Part shown: piece after piece, positions 38,274 through 48,553 of the stretch
Layout of the letters: each line of letters begins with the position of its first letter
Numbering within the stretch: the stretch's first letter is position 1
Virus record (IMG/VR): IMGVR_UViG_3300034418_007971
Coordinates: 7,489 to 71,488 of that record
Source: a virus
DNA: 64,000 nucleotides
Reading direction: 5' to 3' (one strand)
Notes under the pieces: generated by a model
What the model was told of the DNA's origin: nothing
Seen by the model: the letters and a program-made list of their open reading frames with translations, nothing else
The model's database searches: none
Position numbers and translations under genes: made by a program

Positions 38274-41200
38274 ATGCTTTTAACTTTTTTAAGGAATTTA
38301 TTCCTTCTTACACTCCCCCTGTTCCTATTTAATGGTAACTTAGGGGCTCAATGTGACGTTTTTATAGAACAAGGTTCTGTAGTCGTTACTGATAATGGTA
38401 GTGGTGTCAAATTTCAGTTTGATGTTACTAACAATTCAGGTAGTGAATGGGAAGGGGATGTACTTAAAATGTATTGGTCACTTAATTCAAGTGCACCTAT
38501 ATGGACCATAGATTATACCTCAAACAACAATGTTGGACCCTTACCTCCTGGACAAACTAGGACAATAACCACCCCATGGTTCGACATTCCAAATCTCCCT
38601 TCATGGTTTCCTGAAGACCCCGGTCCGGGTGGTGACTTGGACGATTATTGGGTCGAGGCTTTAGAATGGCCTTATTGGTCTGCAAATCCAAACGGTTTTG
38701 ATGGGACGTGGTCGCAAATGAATCTACGTCTCGGAAGTTGTGGTTTGGGTGATGGTGCGTGGGTATATAACGATAACGGTGACCCTTATTATGGTCCTTT
38801 TAATAGTGATTGTCCCGATGTAAATAATGATGCGTTTTGTGATTGTGATGTTAATTTTCTTGGGTTTGACCCCGAAACGTATGATGTTAGTGTTGAGGTA
38901 GTATCTCACTGGAATTGTGGTACTTCTTTAAATACCAGTGGTTTTTCGAGTGAAATGGATTATGTCAATATGATTCAAATCGGTGCTCATGTACCTGGTT
39001 GGGATTATCCGTGGGGTTGTACTGCAGCTCAGTACCATTTAGGATGGACGTTTGATAATCCTGTAGCTTTTGAAGAGTTTTATGCTGGTGACACAATTAA
39101 TTATAATATGTTTTCAGACGATACATTCTATGATGATTGTTTTCAGGAAATATTAGAAAGTGATACTTTAACTTCATGTTTAGAGATTGTTTTATGGCAA
39201 ATTAATTATTCTGAAACCGCGATTGTCGGTGAGATAGATGGTGGATGGGCGGCAACATGTGGTACTTGCGCGAACCAAACTCAATTTTACCCTGATATGT
39301 CTATGGAGTTAAACTCAATGAATATTTGTAATGCACCACCTCCATTGTATCCTGGTTGTATGGATTCAGATGCTGAAAATTATAACCCTAATGCGGGATA
39401 TGATGATGGTTCGTGTACATATCCTCCCATTCTTGGGTGTATGAATCCAATTGCATGTAATTATGATGTTAATGCAACTGAAAACTATGGATGTATAACT
39501 TGTGAAACACCTTATGAAGAAGGTCTTGCGTGTAATGAGTTTCAAAATTCATCTAGCTATTGGGATTGGTATTTATCTGTTTTTAACTGTAACCAAGGAT
39601 GTACAGACCCTGAAGCAATTAATTATGATGAAAATGCTGAAAATGATGATGGGTCATGTGAGTACGATACGATAACTTCACCTGACGCAAGTGGATACGT
39701 ATCATTTTTAGGTACTATATGTAATAACGGTATACCATCTAACGAAGTTAATATATTGGTGATTAACCCCGATACGGGTAGTTTTGACGCTACTGATACC
39801 TTATTTAACTACTGTGTTGAAGTACCTGAATTAGGGTTGGATAGTTGTCTGTACGGTGATGTTAACGCTTCCGATTATATGTTACCAGGTGAAGGTCAGG
39901 TAGTATGGAATGTTATTGTACCTAACTATATAACACAATTAACAGTAAATGCGTATTATGCTGAAGGTGAGATTGATGAAAACTCTTCTAATAATACTTA
40001 CTTTTATTCAAATCTTATTCAAGACCCCGATGTATGTCCCGTATTAGGGTGTACTGACCCTATTGCTGAAAATTATAATCCGTTGGCAACTGAAGATAAT
40101 GGTAGCTGTGAATATATGGTCGACCTATCATTAGATAGTGTAACTATAAACGAATACTGTGACGGATTTACCCCATACTGGATTCCTACAATACATCTTA
40201 ACAATTTAACTAACCCTGCAATAAATGAGTACTGTATTAAAATTCAAGTCTTAGGACAAACAAACGATACTATCTGTTTTAATGCAATGGGTACAACAAT
40301 TAATTCATTCGGTGATATTTCATTAGAATGGCCCGAACCAATATACTCATATGGTACTGTTAGTATTCATGTTTTAGATGTTAATGGTGAAAGTCCTAAC
40401 TCATGGGAAGATTTCGGAGAAGATGATAACATCAGTAATAACATGTTAGTTTTGACTATCGGTAACCCTACTATTAATTGTGACGTTTTAGGATGTATAG
40501 ATGAAACCGCTAATAATTTTAATCCTAACGCAAATATAGATGATGGAAGTTGTACCTATGATATTACAGAATTAAATTATTTAGGGTCAGAATGTACGGT
40601 ATATTGTGACCAAACAGGTCCTTACTATTACGTCACCTCCACCTTTCAAAATACGGGTAATGTTACAATTACTGATTTTTGTGCTGAGTGGAATGTAATT
40701 GGGGGTGAGGAAGAGATAGAGTGTTTTAATGGAGTTTTAGAACCTAATCAAACAGTAACTTTAGAATATGGTCCTATATACACTGATGGTAGTGGTGTTG
40801 TATGGGTCTATTTACAAGAACTAAATGGTGTTGTTTTAAACCCTGAAATAGGATTTACAGAAACATTGTTCTGTTTATCAGAAGCTGAATCAATTTGTAT
40901 TTATGGTTGTACAGATAATGAAGCGAACAATTACAACCCTGATGCGGACTTGGATGATGGGTCTTGTCAATATGATGTCTTTGGTTGTACGGACCCTGAA
41001 GCTAACAATTACGACTCGACCGCTAACGTGGACGATGGCTCTTGTACTTATGACGTATTCGGTTGTACAGACCCAACCGCAAATAATTATAACCCCTTGG
41101 CTACGACCGATGATGGAAGTTGTACTTATGATATCTATGGGTGTACTGATTCAAATGCAAATAACTTTAACCCGAACGCAAACGTGGATGACGGTTCTTG

Positions 41201-41672
41201 TGAATATGATGTATTTGGGTGTACTGATGAAAGTGCTAATAATTATAATCCGTTGGCTAACGTAGATGATGGTTCATGTGAATATGACGTTTATGGATGT
41301 ACGGACATGAATGCTATTAACTACAACAGTGATGCAAATATAGATAACGGAACTTGTATTTATCCTGGTCCTTGTGATGAGTTCGATGGTCAAGCGTTCG
41401 CACCAAACGCATTTAGTCCGAATAATGATGGTTTGAACGATTCTTGGGGTGTCATTACAGATGAAGAGTGTTGGAACTCATGGGAAGTGTTAATCTTTAA
41501 CAGATGGGGTCAAATAATATATGAGATGAATAACCCATCTGATAGATGGGATGGTAGTTTTAGAAATGGTGAGTATTATGTTGAAGACGGTGTATATGCT
41601 TATACGTTACGAGCTGTGGCATGGAATTTGGAGACTATAGAAACTACAGGTTTCATAACCGTTCTCAGATAA
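38274..41672 (+). CDS. Large secreted adhesin-like protein with T9SS type-B (gliding-motility-associated) C-terminal domain
   Basis: Signal peptide ending ...LGAQ; 11 GCxDxxAxNYxxxAxxDDGSC repeats; Ig/CARDB-like blocks; CTD 'PNAFSPNNDGLND...IFNRWGQ.I...WDG...GVY.Y...G.IT.LR'. Confidence 0.9.
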   Translation: MLLTFLRNLFLLTLPLFLFNGNLGAQCDVFIEQGSVVVTDNGSGVKFQFDVTNNSGSEWEGDVLKMYWSLNSSAPIWTIDYTSNNNVGPLPPGQTRTITTPWFDIPNLPSWFPEDPGPGGDLDDYWVEALEWPYWSANPNGFDGTWSQMNLRLGSCGLGDGAWVYNDNGDPYYGPFNSDCPDVNNDAFCDCDVNFLGFDPETYDVSVEVVSHWNCGTSLNTSGFSSEMDYVNMIQIGAHVPGWDYPWGCTAAQYHLGWTFDNPVAFEEFYAGDTINYNMFSDDTFYDDCFQEILESDTLTSCLEIVLWQINYSETAIVGEIDGGWAATCGTCANQTQFYPDMSMELNSMNICNAPPPLYPGCMDSDAENYNPNAGYDDGSCTYPPILGCMNPIACNYDVNATENYGCITCETPYEEGLACNEFQNSSSYWDWYLSVFNCNQGCTDPEAINYDENAENDDGSCEYDTITSPDASGYVSFLGTICNNGIPSNEVNILVINPDTGSFDATDTLFNYCVEVPELGLDSCLYGDVNASDYMLPGEGQVVWNVIVPNYITQLTVNAYYAEGEIDENSSNNTYFYSNLIQDPDVCPVLGCTDPIAENYNPLATEDNGSCEYMVDLSLDSVTINEYCDGFTPYWIPTIHLNNLTNPAINEYCIKIQVLGQTNDTICFNAMGTTINSFGDISLEWPEPIYSYGTVSIHVLDVNGESPNSWEDFGEDDNISNNMLVLTIGNPTINCDVLGCIDETANNFNPNANIDDGSCTYDITELNYLGSECTVYCDQTGPYYYVTSTFQNTGNVTITDFCAEWNVIGGEEEIECFNGVLEPNQTVTLEYGPIYTDGSGVVWVYLQELNGVVLNPEIGFTETLFCLSEAESICIYGCTDNEANNYNPDADLDDGSCQYDVFGCTDPEANNYDSTANVDDGSCTYDVFGCTDPTANNYNPLATTDDGSCTYDIYGCTDSNANNFNPNANVDDGSCEYDVFGCTDESANNYNPLANVDDGSCEYDVYGCTDMNAINYNSDANIDNGTCIYPGPCDEFDGQAFAPNAFSPNNDGLNDSWGVITDEECWNSWEVLIFNRWGQIIYEMNNPSDRWDGSFRNGEYYVEDGVYAYTLRAVAWNLETIETTGFITVLR
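40905..41363 (+). repeat. Six tandem 78-nt (26-aa) Cys/Asp repeats
   Basis: GCTDxxAxNYxxxAxxDDGSCxYDxx; first unit at 40905, sixth at 41295. Confidence 0.9.
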
Positions 41673-41689
41673 ACAATCGATAAATAAAT

Positions 41690-41752
41690 TAGGTGACCTT
41701 CGGGTCACCTTTTTTATACAAGAAAAAAGGACTGACACCGTCAGTCCTTTTC
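41690..41752. terminator. Back-to-back terminators
   Basis: AGGTGACC-TTCG-GGTCACCT followed by T's (+ strand), and AAAGGGACTGAC-ACC-GTCAGTCCTTT (- strand). Confidence 0.85.
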
Positions 41753-41786
41753 GTAGATAATATTAACCCCCTTTTTTTAAAAAAGT

Positions 41787-42422
41787 TTATGAAAGTACAC
41801 TATCTCTAATGCCTTTCAGTTTCGAGTCCATGTTAGACTCTATTGAATCCAATAAGGAATCCAATGCTATTGTGAACTTATCCTCTAGTTCTCTTTTAAA
41901 ATCTTCGTTATCTATTCGGTTCATTAATAACTCCCTTGTCATGTCTGTTAAACCATTTAAATATTTCTCCCCAAATTCTCTTATGAATGTATCTGTGATA
42001 ATTCTGGCTAAAAATCTCTTATCTGAAAATACTTGTGGGAATTCATCTTCTTCTAATTCTAATATAGATTGTTTTAAGACTTCCTTTTCGAAAGAATCCA
42101 TATCTAATTTTGACTCTAAATAAGTTATTAATCTATCTTTAAGGGTATCTATCACTTGAGAGTTTTTATCTCCCATAAGACCCTTTAAAACCATTATAAG
42201 GTCCTCATTAATAGTGTTAGTAGATATACCCATATCCACTAAGTTCTTTGACTCCACAAAGAGTTTGTTAAAAAATTTAGTTGTTTGAATTCTTGAATTA
42301 AGGTTTACAGATTCAGAAATAATACCAAAACGTCCCTTAACAATTTTTGATTCTGTGAGTTTTGTAACCTTGACAGTCTTTGTGTCGTTTAGGTTCTTTT
42401 TTACTATCTTCTTTAGACTCAT
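41787..42422 (-). CDS. Hypothetical helical protein
   Basis: Start MSLKK; LTE/ISE/INE sites. Confidence 0.7.
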   Translation of the reverse strand: MSLKKIVKKNLNDTKTVKVTKLTESKIVKGRFGIISESVNLNSRIQTTKFFNKLFVESKNLVDMGISTNTINEDLIMVLKGLMGDKNSQVIDTLKDRLITYLESKLDMDSFEKEVLKQSILELEEDEFPQVFSDKRFLARIITDTFIREFGEKYLNGLTDMTRELLMNRIDNEDFKRELEDKFTIALDSLLDSIESNMDSKLKGIRDSVLS

Positions 42423-42423
42423 C

Positions 42424-43806
42424 TTAATTCTTTGGTCTCCACGCATTTATTGATTCGTTGAATTCCTTACTATTAATCCTCACTCTTTCATAAATATCTG
42501 CGTTTTCTGGTTTGTCAAACTTAAATCCTTTTTTTTTTAAATTTTCTAACATTTCCTTCTGACGCTTTGTGAGTTCATTTGTAAGACCTTCCCCGTCCAA
42601 TAATGATTGTAAACCTTTCTTCTCTTTTGTCTTCATAACCTCTTCAAATGGTTCATCTTTCTCCATTTCTTGATTATGTGTATTAACATAAGTATCAGTC
42701 TGTATTTCTTCCTTTTCTTTATCGTTAAAATCTACTTCAGGTATCTTGTCTCCACCGACTATCTTAAAGTCCCTGTAATCAGGTCCTTCGTTGTTTAAGA
42801 CAGTAAAGTATACTATACCACCGTCGAGTAATTTACCGAGACCATTCATTTGTGAGTTAAATGGTAATTCGATATTCGCGTTGTTATAGTATGAACCCAA
42901 TCTAACGATAGGTTCACCTGTCTTTTTATCTTCACCTTTTGCAATAACAACTGACCTGATGAATGCAATATCCTCAGGGTATTTTTTGATAAGGTCATCG
43001 AACTCTTTACTTATTTCTTCTCTATCTTCATCAGTAAAGACTACTTTTTGTTTCCCTTTGTCATTGGCTGTGTAAAAGTTAAATTCCTTTAACTTATCAT
43101 CTATCATCTCAGGTAAAGAGTTATTCATTTCTTCTTCTTTTATTATATTCATTAATCCTTTAGATTCGTTTAATTTTTTATACGCATCAAATTCAGTCCA
43201 CCGACCATTAGGGTCAATTTCATCGTCTATCCATCCCCATGGTCCACTTGTTCCATTTTTTCTTTCTACTTTATACATTCTTGGTTTATTTTCTGATAAG
43301 TTTCTACCCCATAAAACAATTCTTTCTTTACCGTCAGGGGCACCTCCACTACCTGTATCCGGCCATTGTATTCTTAACATTTTAGCAACATATCTATTTT
43401 GAGGTTGCTCTGTTGTACCTGTTCTTAAATCATCATACAATTGTTTAAATTCTTTTTCTACCTCAGAGTTACTACTTTTACTATTAACATGTAAATTTAG
43501 GTTGTGATACATGTCTTTAATTTGACTTTGGAAGTCTCCTGTAAGTACTACTCCACCGGCTGAACCTGTAGAAGGTGTAGGTGCAGGTGTGGGTGCGGGT
43601 GCGGGTGCAGGAGTTGGTGTCGCAGTAATGGGACATTTATAATATTCCTTAGGGGGCGTTCCAAGAGTAACAGACTCTAACTCACTTTCTGAACATCCAC
43701 CACTACTGGCAGCAGCACTTTTATTGTGTTTCCATCCATTATTTCTAGCATCAATAGGGCTAGTGGGTGTAGGATTTGTATTACTCTGTTCGTTTAATAA
43801 ATTCAT
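42424..43806 (-). CDS. Hypothetical protein with Pro/Thr linker
   Basis: 460 aa; MNLLNEQ start; internal LNES and IIKEE. Confidence 0.7.
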   Translation of the reverse strand: MNLLNEQSNTNPTPTSPIDARNNGWKHNKSAAASSGGCSESELESVTLGTPPKEYYKCPITATPTPAPAPAPTPAPTPSTGSAGGVVLTGDFQSQIKDMYHNLNLHVNSKSSNSEVEKEFKQLYDDLRTGTTEQPQNRYVAKMLRIQWPDTGSGGAPDGKERIVLWGRNLSENKPRMYKVERKNGTSGPWGWIDDEIDPNGRWTEFDAYKKLNESKGLMNIIKEEEMNNSLPEMIDDKLKEFNFYTANDKGKQKVVFTDEDREEISKEFDDLIKKYPEDIAFIRSVVIAKGEDKKTGEPIVRLGSYYNNANIELPFNSQMNGLGKLLDGGIVYFTVLNNEGPDYRDFKIVGGDKIPEVDFNDKEKEEIQTDTYVNTHNQEMEKDEPFEEVMKTKEKKGLQSLLDGEGLTNELTKRQKEMLENLKKKGFKFDKPENADIYERVRINSKEFNESINAWRPKN

Positions 43807-45146
43807 TAGTCTAATCCAATTTTTTCCAAAAACTTATTAATTACACTCTCTTTATCATCATTTTCAACTGGACTTGCGTGTATGGTATTTGTCATTTTCA
43901 TTATTACATAATCACTATCTCTATTTTCGTCTTCACTGAAATTAATCATATCTACATAGTTTTGATTTTCATCCTCTTTAGTAAAAATATATTCGTTTTT
44001 TGAGTCTTTAAGTTGATTCGACAAATTTTCTTCCGCCCATTTTTCCGCGTCTTCCACACTAATATAAGTTAATTCTCGTTTTGTTTGAGAAACCAAAGTT
44101 CCTCCAACCGAAAGTACAGTAGAAACGAACCACGGAACTACACCGAGGTAGTATTCTGATTGAGGGTCATCATATTCACCCATTAACCAATTGGAAAAAT
44201 TACCCAAAACGATATCAACAAGAGCGGCATTAAGAAATGCACCTCCAGGACCATATAATACGGATTGAGCCTTGTTGTAACCTTTGTCGCGCTTTACTGA
44301 ATATCCGTATTTACCTTTGTACCAATCTCTTAATCTTTTTAAATTTGCAAGAACCTTAGGGTCATCAGCATATTTTTCACGAGAGGCAATTTTTTCGGCT
44401 AAAACATCACTTTTAGCCAATACATCGTCTATACTTTTTTGTAACTGTTCCTCTATCTCTTTTTCGGTTTTACCCCTACTACTTCTAATAAAATTTTTCA
44501 TTCTACTTTCAAAGTTAGGTAATCGGGTCAACATTTTTCTAGACTTCTCATCTTTTACTACCAAAGTTAATAACGCGTTTACGTCCAATGATTTAGTTAT
44601 CCCATGTTCTAAATTATACTTACCTCTACTAGCGGATTCGGCCATGTCATCAATTTGGTTGTACATATTATCTTTAAGTCCAGGTATATCATCTAAACCT
44701 TCAATCTCATCTAACTGTCCTTTTAAGTCAGTAACTAATGAATCAACATCTACTTTTTTACCGCTTGCTATTAAATTATCTACCTTAGTAAATAATGTAT
44801 CGATACTTTCACCTATTTTTGTTGCCCTTATAACAAATCCTGCAAATGCATCTGGGTCCTTAGCTCTTAAAAGAAGTTCAATTTCTTCATCAGTCATGTT
44901 TTTTACAGCATCATCACCAAATTTTGAAATATCATCTTTTAAATTACTCAATTTATTTTTAGTTTGTGGATTACTTCTAAATATGGTATCGAATTCATCT
45001 AAAAATCTTTCACCACCCATTTTTTGAATGCCACTTCTAATATATTCTCGACCGTATCTAACCCCTTTCGCCGTTATTCCCCCATGTTCTTTTAACAACA
45101 TTATTTCTTTAATCCTGTTAACTTCTGTTATTAACTTATTATTCAT
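43806..45146 (-). CDS. Hypothetical protein with N-terminal tag and hydrophobic C-terminal segments
   Basis: MNNKLITEVNRIKEIMLLKE; late motif at 45160. Confidence 0.7.
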   Translation of the reverse strand: MNNKLITEVNRIKEIMLLKEHGGITAKGVRYGREYIRSGIQKMGGERFLDEFDTIFRSNPQTKNKLSNLKDDISKFGDDAVKNMTDEEIELLLRAKDPDAFAGFVIRATKIGESIDTLFTKVDNLIASGKKVDVDSLVTDLKGQLDEIEGLDDIPGLKDNMYNQIDDMAESASRGKYNLEHGITKSLDVNALLTLVVKDEKSRKMLTRLPNFESRMKNFIRSSRGKTEKEIEEQLQKSIDDVLAKSDVLAEKIASREKYADDPKVLANLKRLRDWYKGKYGYSVKRDKGYNKAQSVLYGPGGAFLNAALVDIVLGNFSNWLMGEYDDPQSEYYLGVVPWFVSTVLSVGGTLVSQTKRELTYISVEDAEKWAEENLSNQLKDSKNEYIFTKEDENQNYVDMINFSEDENRDSDYVIMKMTNTIHASPVENDDKESVINKFLEKIGLD

Positions 45147-45200
45147 AGATTATTTTTTATATAAATATAGTGTTTATTATTAAATGGTATATTAGTTTTT

Positions 45201-46484
45201 TTACTTAATCACATAATCGTTTATATCAATAGAATTAAGTACCTTCTCGACTTCTTTTATCGTCGCTTCTTCACTTTCATTTATAGTTTTTATCTGAACT
45301 GTTGCTCTTTCGGTCAATTCTGCGTTAGCCTCTTTTACCAATACGTCATCAGGAACAGCTAACTGTTCTTCAGTTAATGTCGGTTTAGGTCCCCATTGTT
45401 CTTCCCACTTTATATCATAATACTGAGTTAGTCTATATAATAGTTCATCTCCCATAAATAATACACCACCTATTCTAATAGACCATTTTAATGTAAAAAT
45501 AGATAACCTAGATAGGTTAAGTAATAATATTGTAATACCTCTTAAACCCATTGACATTAAGGTTGCTGCATTTTTAGCGATAGTAGTATATCTAACTGAT
45601 AATTTATACAATTCATCTTGTTGTTCGGCAATTTCATTAACCACCTTTGTTTCGGCAGCATTTAAAGGAAGTCCATCATATACCTTCTTAAGTAAATTAC
45701 CAATTGCACCTTCACCAGCTTCTTTGATTAGTCTTTTTACTCCCGGAATTCTACTTATTAACACCCCACCAGGAATAGCCATAAAAATCGTAGCTAATGC
45801 GGCTGTTGTAGTATCACCTTCTCTGTAATACATATATGCATCTGCAGCTTCTAACACACCAGCAAGAACAATACCTGCCACACCACCTGTAGCTATACTA
45901 ACAATTATAGCAGCTATCGGTAAAAAATAATGATGAAAACCCTCTAAATCATATGTTTGTCTATCTTCCCATTCTTTCAAATCTTTTTCATAAATGTCCC
46001 ATACATCTTGTTTATATTTACCTTTTAAAAGTATGAATGGAGGTATTCCTGATGAGGAGGGGTTTTCGGTTTCCCTTTTATTAAGGTCGAGATAAGGTTT
46101 GATAATATTTTTGTAATATTTTTCATATCTTGGAGAATCATATGTTATGAACCAGTAACCATTTGGGTTTTTGTGATTTCCATTTCCATCTAAGTAGTAA
46201 CCCTCTCCTCGTTTTGGTGTGGGTTCTGTAGGTTTTGTATTTCCTGTGTATCTCATAGCCTCCGATTCATATTGCGTTTTCACCCAATCATCTATTCCCA
46301 TTTTATCTATATCATTTTTTATGGGATTATATCGGTTATTTGCAAAATGGTCTTGATAACCATGTTGTGAATAATCAATATTAGACAAATCATAGTCATT
46401 TGTCTGTTCTAACAGAGTTTTAGACCTATCATAGTTCATAAGTCTATTAACTTCGTTTAAACTAATTATTAATTTATTATCCAT
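45201..46484 (-). CDS. Tagged late protein with Gly/Ala-rich membrane-inserting helices
   Basis: LNEVNRLM...LLEQ; FLPIAAIIVSIATGGVAGIVLAGV; late motif at 46500. Confidence 0.7.
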   Translation of the reverse strand: MDNKLIISLNEVNRLMNYDRSKTLLEQTNDYDLSNIDYSQHGYQDHFANNRYNPIKNDIDKMGIDDWVKTQYESEAMRYTGNTKPTEPTPKRGEGYYLDGNGNHKNPNGYWFITYDSPRYEKYYKNIIKPYLDLNKRETENPSSSGIPPFILLKGKYKQDVWDIYEKDLKEWEDRQTYDLEGFHHYFLPIAAIIVSIATGGVAGIVLAGVLEAADAYMYYREGDTTTAALATIFMAIPGGVLISRIPGVKRLIKEAGEGAIGNLLKKVYDGLPLNAAETKVVNEIAEQQDELYKLSVRYTTIAKNAATLMSMGLRGITILLLNLSRLSIFTLKWSIRIGGVLFMGDELLYRLTQYYDIKWEEQWGPKPTLTEEQLAVPDDVLVKEANAELTERATVQIKTINESEEATIKEVEKVLNSIDINDYVIK

Positions 46485-46507
46485 GATAATAGTTTTTATT
46501 ATAAATA

Positions 46508-46539
46508 TTTGTTTAATTAAAAAATTGCGCCTATATTTG
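46508..46539 (+). promoter_or_regulatory. Bacteroidota-type promoter (near-leaderless)
   Basis: TTTG-N20-TATATTTG with ATG 4 nt downstream. Confidence 0.7.
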
Positions 46540-46543
46540 TGTC

Positions 46544-46777
46544 ATGGATAAATCAAATACACATTGGGATTTTTATAATTCAATTGAGAATAAAGTATTA
46601 CTTAGTAGTAATACGACAGATGAGTTTTTACTAAGAATGAAAAAGGTTGATTTATTCTTTGGTGATTTTGAACGTATAGTTGATGATATTAGTGTAACTA
46701 TTAAAAATATTGACGTTAATCAATACATTATCAAAGAAACTATTTTTGAAAAGATTAAATCTTATTTTTTACGTTAA
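46544..46777 (+). CDS. Hypothetical protein
   Basis: 77 aa after a host-type promoter. Confidence 0.6.
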   Translation: MDKSNTHWDFYNSIENKVLLSSNTTDEFLLRMKKVDLFFGDFERIVDDISVTIKNIDVNQYIIKETIFEKIKSYFLR

Positions 46778-47470
46778 AGTGTTAGCTTTACCTCTACTAA
46801 TACCTGATTCCCATTTACTATTTTGGTCAATCATGTTTCCCTTACCTCTATTAACATTATCTGTCCACACGGTTATGGTTATTTGATTGGCTGGTCCGCG
46901 AGTTAATCCTGTTTCCCATGTAGTAACACCCGCATTTGTGGATGATGAGTCACCTCCTGCATCTCCACCTGTGTCTCCACCACCTTCTTCTTGTTCTGTT
47001 ACTTCTTCATCCGCCGGAAATCCTTCTTCACCATATATTTCAGGATGTTGCAATCCGTACTTCTTAAGTAATTCACCTGCAACTGCATTTGCTTCATCTT
47101 CTATAGGACCACCAACATTTTGTATTTTACCTTTCAATTCACCTTCTTCATTTTGATGATGATGTACTAACTCATGAGCCACTGACCTCATAATGTCTTG
47201 TAACGCCCTTTCTTTGGTATAGACGGTGACCTCCGCATTTTCTATATCTGCATTTTCACCATCTTCGTACCTATAAACTGCTGTTGTATCTACTTTAGAC
47301 TTGTCTTCCGTGTAGTCAATATTAACCTCATTTTCTATACCTAACTCTTTTACAACTAAATCAACAAAATTTTCCAAATGTCTTTTATCCTCTGAAGGAA
47401 ATAAAGATTCACCTTCAGTAATGTTCATAAGGGTTTTAATACGATTAATATTTTCGTGTAATAGACTCAT
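46769..47470 (-). CDS. HExxH zinc metalloprotease-like late protein
   Basis: MRSVAHELVHHHQ...EDEANA.AG; N-terminal LHENINRIKTLM tag. Confidence 0.7.
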   Translation of the reverse strand: MSLLHENINRIKTLMNITEGESLFPSEDKRHLENFVDLVVKELGIENEVNIDYTEDKSKVDTTAVYRYEDGENADIENAEVTVYTKERALQDIMRSVAHELVHHHQNEEGELKGKIQNVGGPIEDEANAVAGELLKKYGLQHPEIYGEEGFPADEEVTEQEEGGGDTGGDAGGDSSSTNAGVTTWETGLTRGPANQITITVWTDNVNRGKGNMIDQNSKWESGISRGKANTLT

Positions 47471-47494
47471 ATATCATAAGTATCATCAAAAATA

Positions 47495-48487
47495 TTATTG
47501 GAACGTACAAGATGGTGGATAAGTACACGGAGGTGGAGTAATACTACTTTTTCTTTCTCTTTGTCTTACTCTTATTATTGTCGATATTTCATGTGCACCA
47601 CCCGAACCAGGTCCTAATTGTGATGTGGTTAAATCATATGAGTAGTGAAATACCAAATCACCCGTATCAACCCCAAAGTTAAATATCACAACATCTCTAT
47701 ATGAGTATCCTTCAACAAACCTAAACCCTGCACCAAATAAAAACTTATCTAAATTAATGTTATTATTTACCGTTAATTGTGAAAATTCACCTTGTTTTAA
47801 AAAAGAAAACGAAGGCATATAAGTTACATTTCTTCTAACATACGCGTATTTGTTTTTACTTATATGACCCCCACCATGTAGTCCATATTTTACTGGTAAA
47901 TAACTTTCACCGAAAATTAATGATTGGTTGGGTGTATTAACGTGATTTGAGGCAAACCCAAAAAACCATTTATCGGAAAATAATAATAAACCAGAACTTA
48001 AGTCAAAATAATGAACTTTCAAACCATTCATAAAAGGCTCATTAGTAATTAATGAGAATGATGTTCCGTTAAATGAGTCTTCAAAAAATAGTTTGTTATT
48101 ATCGATAAAGTTTTGCTTATACCCTAACTCCAATCCGAATTTAATATTTAGTTTTGGAGAAAGACGTTGTTGATTACTATAAAATGTCGATATTGAGTTA
48201 AGTGAGTATATACCGTTACCTGACCTATCATTCATTAGTGTGACGCCGAATCCACTATTTAAAGATGGGTCATATTCTTCGTAACTCAAAAAACTTGTGA
48301 CAAATTGATTTCCTAACGCCGGCCATTGGTTTCTATATGACATCGTTAATTCGGGATTACTGGTTGAACCCGCAAAGGCAGGATTCAAATACAACTTATT
48401 GTTGTTAATTTGCGAAAAAGATACGTCCTGAGATATTCCAATAAATGAAAACAGGAGAAATAAGACTGATAATGTGTACTTAATCAT
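47495..48487 (-). CDS. PorP/SprF-family type IX secretion outer-membrane protein
   Basis: Signal peptide plus QD..FSQ......LNPAFAG, YRNQWP, HV.TPN, YSYD.T.S.L....GAHEIS; late motif at 48491. Confidence 0.9.
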   Translation of the reverse strand: MIKYTLSVLFLLFSFIGISQDVSFSQINNNKLYLNPAFAGSTSNPELTMSYRNQWPALGNQFVTSFLSYEEYDPSLNSGFGVTLMNDRSGNGIYSLNSISTFYSNQQRLSPKLNIKFGLELGYKQNFIDNNKLFFEDSFNGTSFSLITNEPFMNGLKVHYFDLSSGLLLFSDKWFFGFASNHVNTPNQSLIFGESYLPVKYGLHGGGHISKNKYAYVRRNVTYMPSFSFLKQGEFSQLTVNNNINLDKFLFGAGFRFVEGYSYRDVVIFNFGVDTGDLVFHYSYDLTTSQLGPGSGGAHEISTIIRVRQRERKSSITPPPCTYPPSCTFQ

Positions 48488-48517
48488 ACTTATAAATATA
48501 AATTTTAACCATTAAAA

Positions 48518-48549
48518 TTTGTGCAATTAACAAAAATAGATTATATTTG
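48518..48549 (+). promoter_or_regulatory. Bacteroidota-type promoter (near-leaderless)
   Basis: TTTG-N20-TATATTTG; ATG at 48554. Confidence 0.7.
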
Positions 48550-48553
48550 TTAT

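Noticed and set aside
40903-41265. 120-aa alternative-frame ORF in the adhesin
   Set aside because: By-product of the 78-nt repeats.
44284-45027. 247-aa plus-strand ORF
   Set aside because: Antisense shadow of 43806-45146; Ser/Phe/Leu composition typical of the reverse frame; TTG start and no promoter.
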